DNA of 32,000 nt from Candidatus Brocadia sp. (GTDB taxonomy: Bacteria > Planctomycetota > Brocadiia > Brocadiales > Brocadiaceae): positions 1 through 32,000 of the forward strand of contig SOEU01000031.1 in NCBI GenBank assembly GCA_021646415.1, in the 5' to 3' direction. The notes under the pieces were generated by a model. It saw nothing but the letters and a program-made list of their open reading frames with translations. It ran no database searches and was not told the origin of the DNA. Shown here in pieces: positions 26,477 through 32,000 of this stretch. Position numbers and translations under genes: made by a program. Numbering within the stretch: position 1 is the stretch's first letter; the number at the start of each line of letters is the position of its first letter.

Positions 26477-27142
26477 TCACCAGTCCTCTTCCATCGCATC
26501 CACGATACTTTGAGCAACTTTTACAAATGCCTCATTACCGGAAGAAGTGAGTGTTTCGCTTCTGCGAACGATAAATTCTGTAGGTCTTTTGATGTTTCTC
26601 CGCTCAACAATGGTCCTTCCTGTCCTCTTATCTACCCATCGAATTTCGATTGACACCGTAACCCGGCTTTCAACGATATTATCCTCCCTGTCTTCAATCA
26701 ATACATTCTCGTCAACACCCGTGATCCTCCCAAACAAGATGGAATCTGCCTCATCCTTGTCAACAATGTTAAGACGCGTTCTGAGTAATAGCTGGTCACG
26801 AACTGCCTTGGTAAGGTCAAACTCATATCCTCTCCGAAAGGTATTGTTGTCAAAAATCGGGATATAGATACTCCGGACATTGGAACGGAGTAACGATTTT
26901 GAAGAATAGCCGCAACTCACAATAAAAATAGTAAAAAGTACCAACAAAGCGAGGTAAGCAAAAGACGTTATCGTATTACCCTGGAAAAAGTTTTTTTTAA
27001 AAAAGTTTTTTACCTCCCCATATCCCCTCCTTGCGAAGGAGGGAAAAGAGGGGTGGTCTATTTGGATGCAGTTGTGTCGTGTTATGTATTTACGTTTTAC
27101 CATATGGTCTGATAATAGGTGTTTAAAGCAATATTTCAACAT
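26477..27142 (-). CDS. LptE-like outer-membrane lipoprotein; start codon uncertain
   Basis: Hydrophobic segment ending FIVSCGY (lipobox-like), then IYIPIFDNNTFRRGYEFDLTKAVRDQL ... ADSILFGRITG ... ESRVTVSIEIRWVDKRTGR, typical of LptE as I recall it. Forty to sixty-six residues precede the Cys depending on the start chosen. Confidence 0.5.
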   Translation of the reverse strand: MLKYCFKHLLSDHMVKRKYITRHNCIQIDHPSFPSFARRGYGEVKNFFKKNFFQGNTITSFAYLALLVLFTIFIVSCGYSSKSLLRSNVRSIYIPIFDNNTFRRGYEFDLTKAVRDQLLLRTRLNIVDKDEADSILFGRITGVDENVLIEDREDNIVESRVTVSIEIRWVDKRTGRTIVERRNIKRPTEFIVRRSETLTSSGNEAFVKVAQSIVDAMEEDW

Positions 27143-27159
27143 AGTTAATTGTACTTCCT

Positions 27160-28089
27160 CTATTTTATTGCCTCAATCATTCTCAGGAACTCAATCCTTT
27201 CGTTAGCCCTCTCCGCCCATATTGTATCCGGAAAATCAGCCTTAACATATTCAAAATACATGACGGCCGAAGCAGGTTTTTTCACTCTCAGATAAAACTC
27301 TCCAATGTTAAATTCCCTTTCCGCCTCAATAATTCTTATTTCTTCAATCATTCTCTTTGCATCCTCTGCATGGATACCATGTGGATTTGAGACTAAATAT
27401 TCTTCAAAGCCTTCCCGAGCAGATATCAGGAGGCCATAATTGCGTTCCTGTTGCTTCTCATGATAAACTTTTGAAAGCGGTATCTGGTATTGTACGTAAG
27501 GAACCCATTCACTCTTTGGATAATTTTCCAAAAACTTCTCATAAGCGTCAAGGGCTTCTTCATATTGGCCAAGTTTAAAGTAACAATCCGCTATTTTTAC
27601 CTGTGCGTCAGAGGCAATAGGTCCTAAATGATGCTTTTCTATAATCTTTTCGAAAACACTTATCGCCGCTTCCTCATTCGTATCCATCTGTGCAATGCCG
27701 ACCTGATACTCCCGCCTGAGTATTTCCTCTGTCCTTTTTGTCCCCGGATATTTTTGTAAGACCTTCTCATAGGCCTTCAGAGCCCTTTTGTAGTCACCGT
27801 TGAGAAAATAGGCCCATCCAACATTTATCTGAGAAGCTTCCGCATATTCAGAATCAGGGGCGATATTCACAATCGATTCGAATTCTTTTACTGCAATGGT
27901 ATACTTTTGTTCAACCAGAAGAGAAAGGGCATATTTGTAACGTTGATCTAATGTAGAAATTGCAGTAGAAGGAGACTCCATCCAGCCCGTCTCCTTATTC
28001 CATACCCATTTTCCATAGGAAGAAGTCGCCGTCATACAGAATATGATACCTGCAAGAAAAAGATATTTTAATTTCAGCATGTTATTCAC
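27160..28089 (-). CDS. Secreted TPR-repeat protein, BamD/YfiO- or YbgF-like
   Basis: Signal peptide MLKLKYLFLAGIIFCMTATSSYG. Repeated TPR-like A..Y..vl..YP blocks (ALKAYEKVLQKYPG, ALDAYEKFLENYPKS, YFEYVKADFPDT). Sits next to the lptE-like gene. Confidence 0.5.
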   Translation of the reverse strand: MNNMLKLKYLFLAGIIFCMTATSSYGKWVWNKETGWMESPSTAISTLDQRYKYALSLLVEQKYTIAVKEFESIVNIAPDSEYAEASQINVGWAYFLNGDYKRALKAYEKVLQKYPGTKRTEEILRREYQVGIAQMDTNEEAAISVFEKIIEKHHLGPIASDAQVKIADCYFKLGQYEEALDAYEKFLENYPKSEWVPYVQYQIPLSKVYHEKQQERNYGLLISAREGFEEYLVSNPHGIHAEDAKRMIEEIRIIEAEREFNIGEFYLRVKKPASAVMYFEYVKADFPDTIWAERANERIEFLRMIEAIK

Positions 28090-28102
28090 TCAGAATATCC
28101 TG

Positions 28103-28852
28103 TTAGATCTTGATATATTTCCAGGAATTTAGCCCTTTGTTTAAGAGAGAACTAATATAATATCTCAGCATCTTTTCGATTTCAACACAAATAGATGATT
28201 GTATCCTGACACGTTCTAATCTCTGCAAATTAATATCCACGAATCGACCGGCAATGCGTATTGCACCAGCAGGAACAACAATCCCGTTTTTAAATTTAAC
28301 CTGACATTTCCTGCACAATACCCCCCCTTCTCTACCGTTAAAATGTACTCCGGATACCTGCGGAATGCTGTTTTTACAATTCACACAACACCCCCATTCA
28401 GGCAAATAACCCAGGACCTTCAGCATTTTTATCTCAAAGGCTAACAATGATATCATCGCATCGGTATCCGTTGCTATTCCTGCCAGCGTGTTTGCAAAAA
28501 TATCAAAGAGTTGTTCACTGGGATCATTTTCCCCGGTAAATTCATTAACGAGTTCTGCCGTACACGAAGCCATATAGTATCTATCCAGGTCGGTTCGTAA
28601 CAGGGGATAATTATTTTGTAAAACGGCCTCAGTAAGGGTATGAAGAGACGTATGCGCTTTTTTAATAAAGAGAATTTGATAGTATGTCAACAGGTCGACT
28701 GCTTTCGAACTGTACCTTCCCGATGTACGCTTGAATCCTTTTGCAAGGGTCTGGATCTTACCGTAGTCACGGGTATAGAAGGTAATTATCTGACTGGAAT
28801 CGCTGTAATCTGTCCTTCCCAGTGCAATCGCTTCTGTTCTGAAGATGGACAT
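28103..28852 (-). CDS. recO: DNA repair protein RecO
   Basis: N-terminal OB-fold pattern TEAIALGRTDYSDSSQIITFYTRDYGKI and zinc motif CVNC ... CRKC. Confidence 0.88.
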   Translation of the reverse strand: MSIFRTEAIALGRTDYSDSSQIITFYTRDYGKIQTLAKGFKRTSGRYSSKAVDLLTYYQILFIKKAHTSLHTLTEAVLQNNYPLLRTDLDRYYMASCTAELVNEFTGENDPSEQLFDIFANTLAGIATDTDAMISLLAFEIKMLKVLGYLPEWGCCVNCKNSIPQVSGVHFNGREGGVLCRKCQVKFKNGIVVPAGAIRIAGRFVDINLQRLERVRIQSSICVEIEKMLRYYISSLLNKGLNSWKYIKI

Positions 28853-28875
28853 ATTTTTATGTAAGTGACCGTTGT

Positions 28876-29337
28876 TCAGTTCGGCCGGGGAACGCTATAA
28901 CCAAAATTCGACAACAGTTCTCCTTCTCTCTGATGCATCTTTTTCGCATCTCCTTTCTGTTTGTCGTCGTACCCGAGCAGATGCAATAAACCATGAACCA
29001 GATAAAGGGCAACTTCCCCTTCAATTGAATACCCATGTTTTTGCGCTAGTTTAGCAGCCATTTCAACAGAGATGATAATTTCGCCGGTAATGTTACTTTT
29101 GAGGGAAGACTCATGATAATGAAAACTCAGTACATCGGTGGCATAATTATGTCCCAGGAAAGTTCTGTTAATTTCTTTTATCCTTTTGTTATCTACAAAA
29201 ACAACACTGAGTTCTGCATTTTTCTCCTCTCTCTCGGCTTTTAGAACGCCGGTAACAAGTTTTTTTATCTTGCCTTTATCAATAGGATAAAATTTTTGCA
29301 GGTCTGTAATCTCCAATTTCACAGAAATTTTTCGCAT
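28876..29337 (-). CDS. ybeY: Endoribonuclease YbeY (rRNA maturation)
   Basis: ATDVLSF and the metal site HGLLHLLGYDD (HxxxHxxGxxH-type). Sits between phoH and recO. Confidence 0.93.
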   Translation of the reverse strand: MRKISVKLEITDLQKFYPIDKGKIKKLVTGVLKAEREEKNAELSVVFVDNKRIKEINRTFLGHNYATDVLSFHYHESSLKSNITGEIIISVEMAAKLAQKHGYSIEGEVALYLVHGLLHLLGYDDKQKGDAKKMHQREGELLSNFGYSVPRPN

Positions 29338-29339
29338 CG

Positions 29340-30332
29340 TTATGATTCATACGCATCAACAATGTCCTGAACGAGCTTATGCCGGACAATGTCGGCTTTA
29401 GTCAGATATACAAAAGAAATGTTGTCGATGTTCATCAACCTTTCCTGGACATCAATTAATCCGGACATCTCCCCGGCAGATAAATCAACCTGTGTAATAT
29501 CCCCCGTTACCACCACCTTCGATTTAACACCCAGTCTCGTTAAAAAAGTTTTCATCTGTTTTACGGTGCAGTTTTGCGCCTCATCCAAAATGATAAAGGA
29601 ATCATTCAGCGTTCTTCCGCGCATATAGGCAAGAGGGAGAATCTCTATCAGGTCAGTTTCCAGATATTTTTTTACATGCCCGACATCCATCATATCTGCT
29701 ATGGCATCATAGAGCGGGCGCAGATAGGGATTTACTTTGGCCTTAATATCGCCGGGCAAATATCCGAGCTTTTCTCCTGCTTCTACGGCCGGTCTGGCAA
29801 GCACAATTCTCCTGATACGGCCAGTTTTCAGAAAAGAGAGGGCCATGGCTACCGCCAAATAGGTCTTTCCCGTGCCTGCAGGCCCTATGCAAAAAACCAG
29901 ATCATTTTTTTTAATTGCTTCTATGTATTTCGTCTGGCCATCTGTCTTTGGTTTTATAAAGGCGCCCCGTTGGAAGACGTCAATCGTTTGGGTGGTACCC
30001 TCACCTGGCTCGTTTTTTGCATCAACAATGGCTTGTTCCACGTCCTCTAGATCTAATCTTCCCGTAGAACGAACGATTTCCAGCAATCTGTTCAATACCT
30101 CTTTGCTGGTATCTACCTGTTCTTTTTCTCCTTCGAGTTTCAGGAGTCCATGACGGGCTACTAATTGTACATGAAAGGCGTCCCTGACAAGGCGCAGATG
30201 CCGATCGTGACTGCCATACAGGACGGATGCTTCTGCGTCGTTTTCGAGGATGAGTGTATTTTGATAGGTGAGAGGTTCTTGAAAATATTCTTTCTTTACA
30301 GGATGTTTTTGAATTTTAACTTTTTGATTCAT
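29340..30332 (-). CDS. phoH: PhoH-family ATPase (YbeZ)
   Basis: GPAGTGKTYLAVAMA (Walker A), FIILDEAQN (Walker B), VVTGDITQVDL; canonical phoH-ybeY pairing. Confidence 0.9.
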   Translation of the reverse strand: MNQKVKIQKHPVKKEYFQEPLTYQNTLILENDAEASVLYGSHDRHLRLVRDAFHVQLVARHGLLKLEGEKEQVDTSKEVLNRLLEIVRSTGRLDLEDVEQAIVDAKNEPGEGTTQTIDVFQRGAFIKPKTDGQTKYIEAIKKNDLVFCIGPAGTGKTYLAVAMALSFLKTGRIRRIVLARPAVEAGEKLGYLPGDIKAKVNPYLRPLYDAIADMMDVGHVKKYLETDLIEILPLAYMRGRTLNDSFIILDEAQNCTVKQMKTFLTRLGVKSKVVVTGDITQVDLSAGEMSGLIDVQERLMNIDNISFVYLTKADIVRHKLVQDIVDAYES

Positions 30333-30333
30333 A

Positions 30334-31179
30334 CTAAACTAATTTAAAAAATACGAAGAAATAATACGCAACCGGCATGCTGACCAATAAACAATCAATG
30401 ACATCCAGCACCCCCCCAAAGGCAGGTACCAGACGGCTTGAATCTTTTACATTCGCATCCCGTTTGAGAAGTGATTCTGCCAAATCACCCAACAGAGCAG
30501 AAAAACCCACGGTTACCCCAAACAACAAAGACCACGGCAAACTCATCACCCTCGCCTGCGGGGCGAGATTAAAAATCAGTGCTATTAAGATACTTGAAAA
30601 AAGTGAAAAGCAGGCGCCCTCTATCGTCTTATTCGGACTGATAACCTTTGCCAGCTTGTGTTTCCCATATTTTCGGCCAAATAAATAGCCTCCAATGTCA
30701 CCAAACTTGGAAACGAGCAAAACCAGAATTACTATACAAAGACCATTAGGGAAATGACGCAAGGCGATGGCAAAACTCAGGAGAAAGACCACGTAGAAAA
30801 TACCGAATAGAGTTACCGCAATATTTTTTATGGCATCTTTTGTATTACGGGTAAAAGCCTGGATTAACAGGAGCCAGAAGATGAGGATGACGATGGTTTC
30901 ATGCCGGAAAAAATGGTAATCAATGCCAGAATTTGTGCGTATAGATAACCAATATGACACAGACAACCACACACCTGCGGCAATACCGGATATGCGAAAT
31001 GGAGAGAAACCATTCTTGCTCGCAATATGGTAAAATTCATTTAAACCAATTCCACCAGCCAGGATAGCCAAACACCCGAAACCTATATCTGTGGAATAAA
31101 GAGAGTCTAATACAAGAATGCCAAAGAACATCGCGAACAGAATAACGCCGAATATGATCCTCGTTTGCAACGTACTCAC
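30334..31179 (-). CDS. cdsA: Phosphatidate cytidylyltransferase family (CdsA) with a deviant C-terminal signature
   Basis: Polytopic membrane protein containing SKFGDIGGYLFGRKYGKHKL, SPNKTIEG and GDLAESLLKRDANVKDSS, located downstream of uppS. The usual PGHGG.LDR.DS reads PAFGGVLDVIDC. Confidence 0.75.
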   Translation of the reverse strand: MSTLQTRIIFGVILFAMFFGILVLDSLYSTDIGFGCLAILAGGIGLNEFYHIASKNGFSPFRISGIAAGVWLSVSYWLSIRTNSGIDYHFFRHETIVILIFWLLLIQAFTRNTKDAIKNIAVTLFGIFYVVFLLSFAIALRHFPNGLCIVILVLLVSKFGDIGGYLFGRKYGKHKLAKVISPNKTIEGACFSLFSSILIALIFNLAPQARVMSLPWSLLFGVTVGFSALLGDLAESLLKRDANVKDSSRLVPAFGGVLDVIDCLLVSMPVAYYFFVFFKLV

Positions 31180-31892
31180 TCTCGCAACCCACCAAAACGG
31201 CGCTCCCGGCGTGCATAGTCTTTCATCGCTTCCTCAAGATGTTCCTTCCGAAAATCTGGCCAACAGATTGGGGTGACCCAAAGCTCTGTGTACGAAATTT
31301 CCCACAAAAGAAAATTACTTACCCGCATCTCACCACCCGTCCGTATGAGTAAGTCTGGGTCCGTCATTTCACCTGTATATAAAAATTTTTTAAAGGTCTC
31401 CTCCGTAATTTCTTCTAAACCCATCTTTCCCGTTTTAACACTTTTCGCAATATTTTTTGCCGCATCGACAATCTCGGAACGCCCGCCATAATTGAGTGCA
31501 AGACAGAGAACCATCCCGGTATTATTCTTGCTTTCTTCTATGCTGATAGCCAGTTCTCTCTGCACATCTTCCGGAAGACCGCTTATCCGGCCAATCGCCG
31601 TTAAACGGATATTATTTTCTTCAATCTCTTTCCGTTCCTTGATGAGGAACTCTTTCAGGAGTTTCATCAATAAATTAATTTCCCTCTTCGGTCTTTTCCA
31701 ATTTTCCTGGGAAAACGCATAGAGCGTAAGCTGTTTTAAATTTTTTTTCGCGCATTCACGCGTTATTTCTCGAACAGACTCAACCCCTTCCTGATGACCC
31801 CGGATTCTTACCAATCTCCTTCGCCTTGCCCATCGTCCATTCCCATCCATAATAATCGCAATGTGGGAAGGTACATGCCCATTTCCACTCAT
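31176..31892 (-). CDS. uppS: Di-trans,poly-cis-undecaprenyl-diphosphate synthase (isoprenyl transferase)
   Basis: HIAIIMDGNGRWA, LTLYAFSQENWKRP, IRTGGEMRVSNFLLWE, ERRFGG. Confidence 0.95.
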   Translation of the reverse strand: MSGNGHVPSHIAIIMDGNGRWARRRRLVRIRGHQEGVESVREITRECAKKNLKQLTLYAFSQENWKRPKREINLLMKLLKEFLIKERKEIEENNIRLTAIGRISGLPEDVQRELAISIEESKNNTGMVLCLALNYGGRSEIVDAAKNIAKSVKTGKMGLEEITEETFKKFLYTGEMTDPDLLIRTGGEMRVSNFLLWEISYTELWVTPICWPDFRKEHLEEAMKDYARRERRFGGLRE

Positions 31893-32000
31893 ACGAGATT
31901 CACAATCTGACCACGGTCCGGACCAACAGAAAGCATTTCTACCTTGATACCCAAAATCTCTTCGAGGGTATTTATGTAACTCTTCGCTTGCGAAGGGATA
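31889..32000 (-). CDS. purA: 3' end of adenylosuccinate synthetase (5' part lies outside the window)
   Basis: Hand translation of the minus strand gives IPSQAKSYINTLEEILGIKVEMLSVGPDRGQIVNLV*. This matches the conserved PurA C-terminus pattern LP..A..Y...IEE..G.P...IS.GPDR..T. Its TGA overlaps the uppS ATG (ATGA). Confidence 0.7.
   Translation of the reverse strand, partial: IPSQAKSYINTLEEILGIKVEMLSVGPDRGQIVNLV

Noticed and set aside
1-32000. CRISPR arrays, tRNA or rRNA genes, tandem repeats, integrase or att sites beyond the IS fragment
   Set aside because: Scanning by eye found no regularly spaced direct repeats, no cloverleaf-like GC-rich ~75-nt islands in intergenic regions, and no rRNA-like segments. 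A tRNAscan/Infernal run would be definitive.

Overview
Bacterial chromosomal window, AT-rich by eye (GC not computed), about 34 protein genes, almost all on the minus strand. I saw no rRNA, tRNA or CRISPR array. Layout: (1) 1-3070 is an accessory islet. It holds a 5'-truncated IS3-family transposase, an ABC-ATPase/Toprim fusion (OLD- or fused-PARIS-like defence candidate), a decayed copy of a ketosynthase 3' end, and a RelE/ParE-type toxin-antitoxin cassette whose toxin start looks frameshifted. (2) 3071-7800 is a compact operon behind a near-consensus sigma70-type promoter: acpS, a B12-binding radical SAM enzyme, an active FabF-like ketosynthase, and a ketosynthase paralogue with all three catalytic residues replaced. 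It encodes no ACP or reductive enzymes. This is the best candidate for an uncharacterised lipid or polyene system. It resembles the KS plus radical-SAM loci proposed, but never proven, for ladderane synthesis in anammox bacteria; I cannot establish the source taxon from this window. (3) 7918-17283 is a signalling block: periplasmic binding protein, a 1276-aa multi-PAS/GAF histidine kinase, a sigma54-dependent response regulator, a 48-bp perfect triple palindrome, a small interrupted CcoS-like ORF, a PAS-HD-GYP protein, DUF2325 and a zinc-ribbon protein. One PAS module is shared at about 69% identity between the kinase and the HD-GYP protein. (4) 17683-20736 holds ktrB, ktrA and a translationally coupled orphan parA-like gene. 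(5) 20932-22716 (+) encodes an NnrS-like polytopic membrane protein flanked by two DUF1858/ScdA_N-like domains. (6) 22863-32000 is a housekeeping block: pdxJ, cdaR, cdaA, folP, lptE-like, bamD-like, recO, ybeY, phoH, cdsA (deviant signature), uppS and the purA 3' end. All family calls rest on motifs read by eye from the supplied translations and on my own hand translations. No database search was possible.
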